From Nitrospinota bacterium (GTDB lineage Bacteria > Nitrospinota > Nitrospinia > Nitrospinales > Nitrospinaceae): DNA of 35,255 nt. The notes under the pieces are model-generated. The model did not search any database. It was not told the origin of the DNA and worked only from the letters and a program-made list of their open reading frames with translations. A program made the position numbers and the translations under genes. Below are positions 17,500-24,991 of the stretch, piece after piece. The stretch is taken from positions 1 through 35,255 of the forward strand of contig JAPUGN010000002.1 of assembly GCA_027298165.1 (NCBI GenBank), written 5' to 3'. Position 1 is the stretch's first letter; each line of letters starts with the position of its first letter.

Positions 17500-18894
17500 A
17501 TGCCGGAACCCCTTAAAGTCCTTGCCCCGTTCGACGGTCATCTGATTTCGGAAATTGAATGGGACGACGCCCAGAAGTTGGAGCGCATTCTATCCGCGGC
17601 AAGCCGATTGGCGGAAAATCCAGACCACGCGATTCCCGTGCCCCAACGCATCGAAATTTTAGAAAGGGCCGCCACACTAGTCGAGGACCAAGCGGAAAAA
17701 TTTGCCCGGCAGGCGGCGGAAGAAGGCGGCAAGCCGTTGATCGATTCCCGCGTCGAGCTGGACCGCGCGGTGCAGGGCATTCGGGAAGCGGCTCGCTCCA
17801 TCAGCCAATTGACGGGCCGGGAAATTCCCATGAATGTGACCGCCTCGTCGATGCACCGCCTGGCCTATACCCGGCGCGAGCCGATCGGTGTGGTGGCGGC
17901 GGTGAGCGCGTTCAATCATCCGTTCAACCTGATTGTGCATCAGGTGATCCCGGCGGTGGCGGTGGGGTGTCCGGTGATTGTGAAACCGGCATTGACCACG
18001 CCGCTCTCGTGCTTCAACCTCGTCAACGGCCTGTACGAAGCCGGGCTTCCCAGAGAATGGTGTCAGGTTCTGGTGTGCGACAATTCGGTTTCAGAAAAAC
18101 TGGTGACGGATTCCCGTGTGGCTTTTTTTTCTTTCATCGGTTCCGCAAAGGTTGGCTGGCATTTGCGTTCCAAACTGGCGCCCGGGACTCGATGCACTTT
18201 GGAGCACGGCGGCGCGGCTCCCGTCATTATGGATGAAGATGCCGATGTGAAAGACGCGTTGCCTCTGCTGGCGAAGGGCGGCTTTTATCATGCAGGGCAG
18301 GTCTGCGTGTCGGTGCAACGCGTGTTTGCGCATGAATCCATTGTCGATGCTGTTGCCGGTGGATTGACCGATCTTGCCCAAAAGCTGGTGGTGGGCGATC
18401 CCACCGATGCAGCCACCGAAGTCGGCCCGCTCATCCTGGAGCGGGAAGTGGACCGTGTCGCCGAATGGGTGGAGGAGGCGCGGTCTGCCGGGGCGAAAGT
18501 TCTCACCGGCGGCACAAAAATCGGGAACACCTGTTATGCGCCGACAGTCCTGCTGAACCCTCCCGATCAAGTGAAAGTGTCGCGTGAGGAAATATTTGGT
18601 CCGGTCGTTTGCGTCTATGCGTTCAAGGATCGAATGGATGCGATCGAGCGGGCCAATCAAATTCCCTACTCGTTTCAAGCCGCCGTGTTCACCCGCAACA
18701 TCGATACCGCCCTCGACACAGCCAAACGCCTGCATGCCGCCGCCGTCATGGTGAACGACCACACCGCCTTCCGGGTCGACTGGATGCCGTTCGCGGGACG
18801 TAACACTTCCGGCTTGGGGGTGGGAGGCATTCTGCCGACCATGCTGGAGATGACCGAAGAAAAAATGATTGTGCTCCGATCGCCCGGCATTTAA
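17500..18894 (+). CDS. NAD(P)-dependent aldehyde dehydrogenase family protein
   Basis: 464 aa, starting 26 nt after the ThDP-enzyme gene with an AGGAG RBS. General base region LEHGGAAP and catalytic Cys in AGQVCVSVQR. Has the ALDH C-terminal EEIFGPV motif. Confidence 0.9.
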   Translation: MPEPLKVLAPFDGHLISEIEWDDAQKLERILSAASRLAENPDHAIPVPQRIEILERAATLVEDQAEKFARQAAEEGGKPLIDSRVELDRAVQGIREAARSISQLTGREIPMNVTASSMHRLAYTRREPIGVVAAVSAFNHPFNLIVHQVIPAVAVGCPVIVKPALTTPLSCFNLVNGLYEAGLPREWCQVLVCDNSVSEKLVTDSRVAFFSFIGSAKVGWHLRSKLAPGTRCTLEHGGAAPVIMDEDADVKDALPLLAKGGFYHAGQVCVSVQRVFAHESIVDAVAGGLTDLAQKLVVGDPTDAATEVGPLILEREVDRVAEWVEEARSAGAKVLTGGTKIGNTCYAPTVLLNPPDQVKVSREEIFGPVVCVYAFKDRMDAIERANQIPYSFQAAVFTRNIDTALDTAKRLHAAAVMVNDHTAFRVDWMPFAGRNTSGLGVGGILPTMLEMTEEKMIVLRSPGI

Positions 18895-18923
18895 TCCCAA
18901 TCCCCATACAAAAGGATCTGTTT

Positions 18924-19379
18924 ATGAATAAGGAAAAATTACAACGCCTGGCCAGGGATTTGACCCAGGAATCCCCGCGAAGCCCCCGGGTGGTTTTGGG
19001 TGGATACGTCATTCTCGCCCGCTGTCTGGATAAATGCCGCGCGCTCCTTTTGGGAATTAATGGGGAATATAATTACTGGTACTGCTCGTTATGCAGTCAG
19101 CTGGAGGAGTTCACGGGGGTCGACCATGAGGACATGAAGGAAGTAATCGCCACGGGGGCGGGCGATGAAGAGGTCGCCGAATGGTTCGAGACGCAATCGA
19201 AAATCAAGAACCCGCTGGAGATCGTCCGGTGGAACAACAAAATGCGGGACATGCGATTGAGCGAAATGTCGGACGAGGCGCAGGAATTCCTCGCAAAGTA
19301 CATCCGGGAAACCCTGCCCCCGTATCCGCCGGTCTATGTCTGGTTCGACGTCTATGACGTGGAAGAGGGCCGCCTGTAG
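18924..19379 (+). CDS. DUF5069-like protein with four conserved-looking Cys
   Basis: 151 aa, 29 nt downstream of the ALDH gene. The N-terminal PRSPRVVLGGYVILARCLDKCRA pattern is what I remember for DUF5069. It has C-x3-C (CLDKC) plus C-x2-C (CSLC). Confidence 0.65.
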   Translation: MNKEKLQRLARDLTQESPRSPRVVLGGYVILARCLDKCRALLLGINGEYNYWYCSLCSQLEEFTGVDHEDMKEVIATGAGDEEVAEWFETQSKIKNPLEIVRWNNKMRDMRLSEMSDEAQEFLAKYIRETLPPYPPVYVWFDVYDVEEGRL

Positions 19380-19489
19380 CCTGGCGGAACTGTTCTCTGC
19401 CTCCAACCTTAATGCAGACGGAAAACCCTTTCTTCACCGCAGAGGAATTCGTATTATCACACTAAGTGTCTCGAAGGGTGATATGTTTT

Positions 19490-20491
19490 CTATGCGCCGG
19501 GATAGAGTTCTAGGATTTTCAGGACATGGGTGTGGGAGTGGGCGGGCATGCGGCCGCCGAGATGGGTCACCACCTGCGCCGCGCAGTAGGAACCGAGAAC
19601 CGCCGACTCTTTCAAACCGTGATTGTGGATGAGGCCGTACAACGACCCGGCGGCGTAGAGGTCGCCCGCGCCGGTGGTGTCGACCGCCTTCACCTGAAAC
19701 GGCTCGATATGAATTTTGGCGTGTTGCGAATTGGTGGCCCACGAGCCTTCGGCACCGCGCGTCATGAACAGGGTATCGACCATGCCCTTGAGTTCGGCGA
19801 ACGCTTTTTCATCATTATCTTTATTCGTCATCGCCTGTGCTTCCACGTGGTTGCAGAACAGGATGTCCACCTTCCATCGGATGAAATCGATCAACGAGTC
19901 CTTATAAGTATTGACCACGAACGCATCGCTTAAAGTGAAAGCGACCGGCACGCCGGCCTGGCGGGCGGCGTCGGCCATTTTGGTGGCGGCCTGGCGGGTT
20001 TCTTCGCCGGTCCAAAGGTAGCCTTCGATGTACACCGTTTTCGCATGCTGGACGATGGTTGCGTCGACGTTGTCGGGATGCAGTTCTGACGAGATGCCGA
20101 GGTGCGTGAGCATGGTGCGTTCGCTGTCCGGGGTGATGAGGATCAGGCAGGTGCCGGTGCCCTCGGTATTCGAGTCCGGTCCGGGAAAGCCGACGCCACA
20201 GTCTTTCATGTCGTCGGTGTAATGTTTGCCGAAGGTGTCATCGGCGACGCGTCCAAGGTAATACCCTCTGCCGCCGAGTGAGCTGAAGCCGTGAATGGTG
20301 TTGGCGGCGGAGCCCCCGGAGACGATCTTCTGTGTGAAGTTGGAGATGCGCGCCAGAATGGCGTCCTGGTTATCTTTGGTGGACAGCGTCATGCCGCCCT
20401 TGGTGACTTCCAGCGTGTGCACCAGATCTTCCGAGACCTGCACTTCGATATCCACCAGCGCATTGCCGATACCCACCAGATCGTAGCTCAT
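19490..20491 (-). CDS. PfkB-family kinase (adenosine-kinase/ribokinase-like)
   Basis: N-terminal GIGNALVDIE and C-terminal DTTGAGDLYAAG motifs of the ribokinase/PfkB family. The longest ORF begins at 20533. I prefer ATG 20491 (MSYDLVGIGN) because family members usually start just before this motif; the start is uncertain. Confidence 0.8.
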   Translation of the reverse strand: MSYDLVGIGNALVDIEVQVSEDLVHTLEVTKGGMTLSTKDNQDAILARISNFTQKIVSGGSAANTIHGFSSLGGRGYYLGRVADDTFGKHYTDDMKDCGVGFPGPDSNTEGTGTCLILITPDSERTMLTHLGISSELHPDNVDATIVQHAKTVYIEGYLWTGEETRQAATKMADAARQAGVPVAFTLSDAFVVNTYKDSLIDFIRWKVDILFCNHVEAQAMTNKDNDEKAFAELKGMVDTLFMTRGAEGSWATNSQHAKIHIEPFQVKAVDTTGAGDLYAAGSLYGLIHNHGLKESAVLGSYCAAQVVTHLGGRMPAHSHTHVLKILELYPGA

Positions 20492-20661
20492 CGTGTTTCC
20501 AGTGTGGGAGAGTTGTTCAAAAAAGGCGGCCAACCGCCGCAGTTAATTTTATAACCCCGGGTGGCGAAAGTAATTATTGAATCGCGTTATCCCGCCCATT
20601 CCCCGTCAGTTCGGGTCCTTCGCCGGGACGCAAGCATACGGCGCGGAGTATAATTTGTCAA

Positions 20662-20690
20662 TTGCATTGAAATGGTTACGCTTGTACAAT
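20662..20690 (+). promoter_or_regulatory. sigma70-like promoter candidate (TTGCAT-17 nt-TACAAT) for dacB
   Basis: -35 TTGCAT (20662..20667), a 17-nt spacer, and -10 TACAAT (20685..20690). The predicted +1, 7 nt after the -10, coincides with the A of the dacB ATG at 20697. No SD precedes that ATG. Confidence 0.35.
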
Positions 20691-20696
20691 TTAAAG

Positions 20697-22253
20697 ATGG
20701 GCTTTGATTTCATCAAAAAGCGGTTTGTTCTCGCCGCCTTTGGGCTGGCGTTTTTCTTTGTGCCGGGTGCCGGGTTCTCCGACGAGATGGCGCCGGGAAG
20801 CGACTCCGCCGTAGCGCGGTTTCAGAGCGCGGTCGACACAATTTTTTCCCAGTCCTGCCCGGACGGTCTACGCGTGGGCGCCAAGTTTTATTCGCTGGAT
20901 CGCAAAGAGGTCCTCTACGCACGCAACAGCGACCTCCTGTTCACCCCCGCCTCCAACATGAAAATGTTCACATCCGCGATGGCGCTCAAGAAAGTGGGAC
21001 CCGACTACCGTTTCCATACCCACTTGTATGCCGTCGGCCGGATTGAGGGCACGGTTCTCAAAGGTGATCTGTACATTAAGGGATTCGGCGATCCCAGTCT
21101 GGTGACCGAGCAGATGTGGATTCTGGTGAACGAGCTCAGGAACCTGCCGATCACAAAAATAGAAGGCAACATCATCGCCGACAACAGTTATTTCAACGGA
21201 CAGGGCAAGCTGAAGAGTTGGGAATCGTACCGCGGCCCGGAAGCGTATCTGGCACCGATCGGTGCGTTGTCGTTTAACTTCAACACGGTTGTTGTGTATG
21301 TGGAGCCGGGGAAAAAGCCGGGAGACCGGCCCACGGTTGTGATAGATCCGGATATTGAATATTTTCGCGTCAAAAATAGAGCGGTGACCACCAGGAACAA
21401 ACGGAGCCGCCGGAAATTGATCGTCAACCGGCTGGGTCATAAGGGTTATGACGAGATCATCATCAAAGGCCGGCTTCCCAAAAACGTGGCGCGCAAGAAA
21501 TTTTATCTGAACGTCACCGACCCGCAACGGTACACGGCGATCACCTTCAAGCGGTTTCTCCAGCAGGCCGGGGTGCGGGTGACGGGCAAGGTGCAGCGGG
21601 GCGTGGTGCCCCAGGGTGCCACTCAGCTGGTGGATCACGAGTCGCCTCCGCTGGGACAAATCCTGCGCGGCCTCAACAAGTTCAGCAATAACTTCATCGC
21701 CGAGCAGATTCTGAAAACCCTGGCGGCGCAATTTATTGGCGAGCCGGGTACCACGGAAAACGGCGTGCTGTTGTTGCAGGATTACATGCAGGAGCTCGGC
21801 TTTTACCCCGAACAGTACCACATGGTCGATGGCTCCGGCCTGTCCAAGACCAACCAGGTCACCCCCGACCAGGTGATCTCCCTGCTAAAAGACGCGCACG
21901 ACGACCTCAGCATTTTTCCCGAGTTTATTTCTGCGCTGGGTGTCATGGGCCTCGATGGCAGTGTGATCGACCGTATGGACCATCAAAAGGAGGCGCAGAA
22001 GATACGCGTGAAAACGGGTACCCTGAATCACGTCAGCGCGCTGTCGGGATATTATCAGTCGAACGACGGCGAGCGGTTCGCGTTTTCCATTCTGTTGAAC
22101 GATGTGAAGTGTTCCAACGGCAAGGCGATGGGTCTGCAAGACAAGATCATGGAGACCGCTTTGAAATTTCAGCGGGATAAAAATGGCGATGAAGCGGTTG
22201 AAGAAGATGAACCGCAGATTCAATATGGCGGGGGAATTTTAAAGCAGGATTAG
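20697..22253 (+). CDS. dacB: D-alanyl-D-alanine carboxypeptidase/endopeptidase, PBP4 family (peptidase S13)
   Basis: Signal peptide MGFDFIKKRFVLAAFGLAFFFVPGAGFS. Motifs SxxK (PASNMKMFT), SxN (KFSNNFIAEQ) and KTG (VKTGTLNHVSALSGY). The 40-aa N-terminal extension from TTG 20577 was rejected because the signal peptide starts at 20697. Confidence 0.85.
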   Translation: MGFDFIKKRFVLAAFGLAFFFVPGAGFSDEMAPGSDSAVARFQSAVDTIFSQSCPDGLRVGAKFYSLDRKEVLYARNSDLLFTPASNMKMFTSAMALKKVGPDYRFHTHLYAVGRIEGTVLKGDLYIKGFGDPSLVTEQMWILVNELRNLPITKIEGNIIADNSYFNGQGKLKSWESYRGPEAYLAPIGALSFNFNTVVVYVEPGKKPGDRPTVVIDPDIEYFRVKNRAVTTRNKRSRRKLIVNRLGHKGYDEIIIKGRLPKNVARKKFYLNVTDPQRYTAITFKRFLQQAGVRVTGKVQRGVVPQGATQLVDHESPPLGQILRGLNKFSNNFIAEQILKTLAAQFIGEPGTTENGVLLLQDYMQELGFYPEQYHMVDGSGLSKTNQVTPDQVISLLKDAHDDLSIFPEFISALGVMGLDGSVIDRMDHQKEAQKIRVKTGTLNHVSALSGYYQSNDGERFAFSILLNDVKCSNGKAMGLQDKIMETALKFQRDKNGDEAVEEDEPQIQYGGGILKQD

Positions 22254-23080
22254 TCTCTGAAAATTTTCTGATTTTCTTTTCGGTCTTCCTCGAGTATTTT
22301 ATTCCAGTCGCGTTTGATGCGCGGCGCATTCTGAAAATCGTCATAAATGCCATGGGCCAATTCCAACCGGTCCACCCCTTCCGGCGCGACCTGAATATCC
22401 AACTGCGCCAGCGCCATGTCAAAATCCCGGTTCAGTAGGGATTCGGGGTCCATATCGTATTCCTTCAACGCCTGCTTGACCATCCCCTGTTCGGTGCGGA
22501 AGCGGTTCGCCACTTCGTTGATATTGGCGGTGCGGTATCCTTTGTCTTGGGTGATACCCAGATGGTAGGCGCAGAACAATTCGAATGGATCGATGTTGCC
22601 AATCTGTTTGACCCTTTCGCGCGGGGCCGCGTCCCGATTGGATTGGGACGGTTGTTTGTCGGAAACACTGTTACTCGAACTGGCATGCGGTTTATTCCGG
22701 GGATGAGTCTGCTCGGGTTTCCCGAACCGATTTTTGGCATTGGACGGCTTATTCTTTCTGCGCGAGCGCGGGTTCGAGCCGTTGCCGTTTTTGTTATCAC
22801 TTTTCTTCGCTTTGGGGTCCCATGCGTTTCTTTGGATAGTCGGCATATGGGAGGACAAGGTGGTGGTGTCCGAAGCCCACGCCTGGGAAATTTCGTTTCG
22901 GGTTTTGCCCCGGGATGAGGCATTGCGCTGGCCGCTGCTGGACCGTTGCTGTCCGGTGCGCTGACCGCTGGAGGCGGAAGTTTTCTGGCCGCTACCGCCC
23001 CGATGGTCGTTTTTACCGCTGGGTCTTCGATTCTTTTGCCCGCGGCGTTGCGAAGAGTTGGATTGGTCTGAATTTCTCAA
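22250..23080 (-). CDS. hypothetical protein: basic Ser/Gly/Gln/Arg/Asn-rich disordered N-terminal half + compact C-terminal domain
   Basis: 276 aa, TTG start with GAGGA 7 nt upstream, 42 nt downstream of pepF. Residues 1-165 are low-complexity and basic, with reiterated SGQ[KR] units. Residues ~170-276 are ordinary globular sequence with an HTH-looking stretch (INEVANRFRTEQGMVKQAL). I recognise no family. Confidence 0.6.
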   Translation of the reverse strand: MRNSDQSNSSQRRGQKNRRPSGKNDHRGGSGQKTSASSGQRTGQQRSSSGQRNASSRGKTRNEISQAWASDTTTLSSHMPTIQRNAWDPKAKKSDNKNGNGSNPRSRRKNKPSNAKNRFGKPEQTHPRNKPHASSSNSVSDKQPSQSNRDAAPRERVKQIGNIDPFELFCAYHLGITQDKGYRTANINEVANRFRTEQGMVKQALKEYDMDPESLLNRDFDMALAQLDIQVAPEGVDRLELAHGIYDDFQNAPRIKRDWNKILEEDRKENQKIFRD

Positions 23081-23122
23081 AATAGTTTCCTCAAATAATT
23101 TTTAAAAAACACGAAACCCACG

Positions 23123-24931
23123 TTAAGCGGTCAAAGACTGCAATTCGTTGACCAGTTCCCCGAATTTGCCCAGCGCCGTTTCAATCGGCTTGGGCGAACT
23201 CATGTCCACGCCTGCGCCCTTCAAAAGATCGATCGGGTATTTGGACCCTCCCGACTTCAGAAAGTTGAGGTAATCGTTCAATTCCTTATCGCCGCCGTTC
23301 AGAACTTTGTCAGCCAGCGCATAGGCGGCGGAAATGCCGGTGGCGTACTTGTACACGTAAAACCCGAAATAAAAGTGCGGGATGCGAAAACACTCGAGCG
23401 ACAGACAGGGATCCAGCGCGACGCCGTCGCCGAAATAGGTTTCCAGCAGTTTCTTGTAGATGTCCTGGAATGCGTCCACGGTCATCGGTTGCCCCGATTC
23501 AGCGGCCTGGTAAATTTGATGTTCGAACTCGGCGAACATGGTCTGCCGGATCAGTGTGCCGCGGATATTGTCGATTTCCCGGCTGATCAAGTAAATGCGC
23601 ATGTCGCGGCTGATGTCCTGGCTCAGAAAGTAGCGCGTCAACAGCGCCTCGTTGAAGGTGGAAGCGACCTCGGCGACGAAAATGGTGTAGTCGGCATAAA
23701 TGTAGGGCTGATTCTTGTTCGAGGAGTACGAGTGCATCGAATGGCCCGCTTCATGCGCGAGGGTGTAGACACTGTTGATGTTGTCGTCCAGATAGTTCAT
23801 CAGGATAAACGGATTGGAATCGTAACAGCCGGAGGAGTACGCGCCGCTCCGTTTGCCCTTGTTTTCGTAACGGTCCACCCAGCGTGCATTTAACAATCCT
23901 TTTTTCATGACGCCGACGTAATCGCTTCCCAGCGGTTTGAGCGCCTCGCATATTTTGTCTATCCCTTCCTCGTAGGGCATATTCCAATCCAGGTCCTTGA
24001 CCAGGGGGACGCTGGTGTCGTACACATGCAATTCGTCCAGTTCCAGAATCCGTTGGCGGATGTCGAAATACCGGTGGAGCGGCTCCAGGTGGCCGTGCAC
24101 GGTTTCAATGAGGTTATCGTATACCTCCGCTGGGATGTTCTCGGTGAACAGATTCATTGCGCGAACGGAAGGATAATTTCTGGCCTGCGCGTAAAAGATA
24201 TCCTTTTTGATGCTGGCGGACAACAACGTCGAGTAGGTGAACTTGTGATCTTCGTACGCCTTGTAAAACGTTTCGAAGGTTTCCTGCCGGACCCGCCGGT
24301 CGTACTTCTGCAGAAGGCTTTGCAGATTGCCCTGGGTAAGGGCGATCTCTTTTCCGTGTTCATCTTTCACCGTGCCCAGTTTGAGGTCGGCGTTGTCCAG
24401 CATGCCGAAGGCCTCTTGCGGAGCGCGCGCCATTTCCGACGAAGCCGCCAGCAGAGCCTCCTCTTTTTCCGACAGCGTATGTGAGCGGTAACGCAACTGC
24501 CGCTCGAGGTACAGTCTGTACAGTTCCAGTTCCGGATGATTGAGAAACCCCTGCATGGTTTTATCAGGGATGGCCATGATCTCGGCATTGATGAAGCTCC
24601 GCGCCTGCTGGGTCTGGGTCAGCAAACGGGTGACCGTTTCATAACGGCCCTGGTGAGAGCTGTTGGTTTTATCCTCATCGTTACGCAGGTGGGCGAAGGT
24701 GTACACCTTCTCCAACGTCCGGGAAAACGCCATGTCGAACTCCAGGCAGGTTTTGAGTTTTCCGGCGGACTCGCCCAGAGTTCCCTGAAACGACGCGTAC
24801 TGCGGCAACTGCGATTCCAGCGACTGGAAGTCCGCCTGCCAGGTTTCCCTTGAAGCGTAAAGGCCGTCCAAATCCCACGTGTCATTTGCCGGGATGGAGT
24901 CTCGGGTTGTGAGTTCTGCTATGGCTTCCAT
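23123..24931 (-). CDS. pepF: oligoendopeptidase F (M3B metallopeptidase)
   Basis: 602 aa. Zinc motif HEAGHSMH with a downstream E (VAEVAST). Length and N-terminal helical domain are typical of PepF. Confidence 0.9.
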   Translation of the reverse strand: MEAIAELTTRDSIPANDTWDLDGLYASRETWQADFQSLESQLPQYASFQGTLGESAGKLKTCLEFDMAFSRTLEKVYTFAHLRNDEDKTNSSHQGRYETVTRLLTQTQQARSFINAEIMAIPDKTMQGFLNHPELELYRLYLERQLRYRSHTLSEKEEALLAASSEMARAPQEAFGMLDNADLKLGTVKDEHGKEIALTQGNLQSLLQKYDRRVRQETFETFYKAYEDHKFTYSTLLSASIKKDIFYAQARNYPSVRAMNLFTENIPAEVYDNLIETVHGHLEPLHRYFDIRQRILELDELHVYDTSVPLVKDLDWNMPYEEGIDKICEALKPLGSDYVGVMKKGLLNARWVDRYENKGKRSGAYSSGCYDSNPFILMNYLDDNINSVYTLAHEAGHSMHSYSSNKNQPYIYADYTIFVAEVASTFNEALLTRYFLSQDISRDMRIYLISREIDNIRGTLIRQTMFAEFEHQIYQAAESGQPMTVDAFQDIYKKLLETYFGDGVALDPCLSLECFRIPHFYFGFYVYKYATGISAAYALADKVLNGGDKELNDYLNFLKSGGSKYPIDLLKGAGVDMSSPKPIETALGKFGELVNELQSLTA

Positions 24932-24991
24932 TCAATACAATTAATACCCAACGATTGGGGGAAAGTGTTCAACCAACTTCCATAAGAGGGG

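Noticed and set aside
20577-20696. N-terminal extensions offered by the ORF track: dacB from 20577, purL from 5468, the PHP-like gene from 29108, the methyltransferase from 31701 and mpl from 13400
   Set aside because: The extensions overlap upstream genes, or precede obvious signal peptides or conserved N-termini, or use TTG/GTG where an in-frame ATG with better context lies downstream. The shorter starts were adopted, and the uncertainty is flagged in the features.
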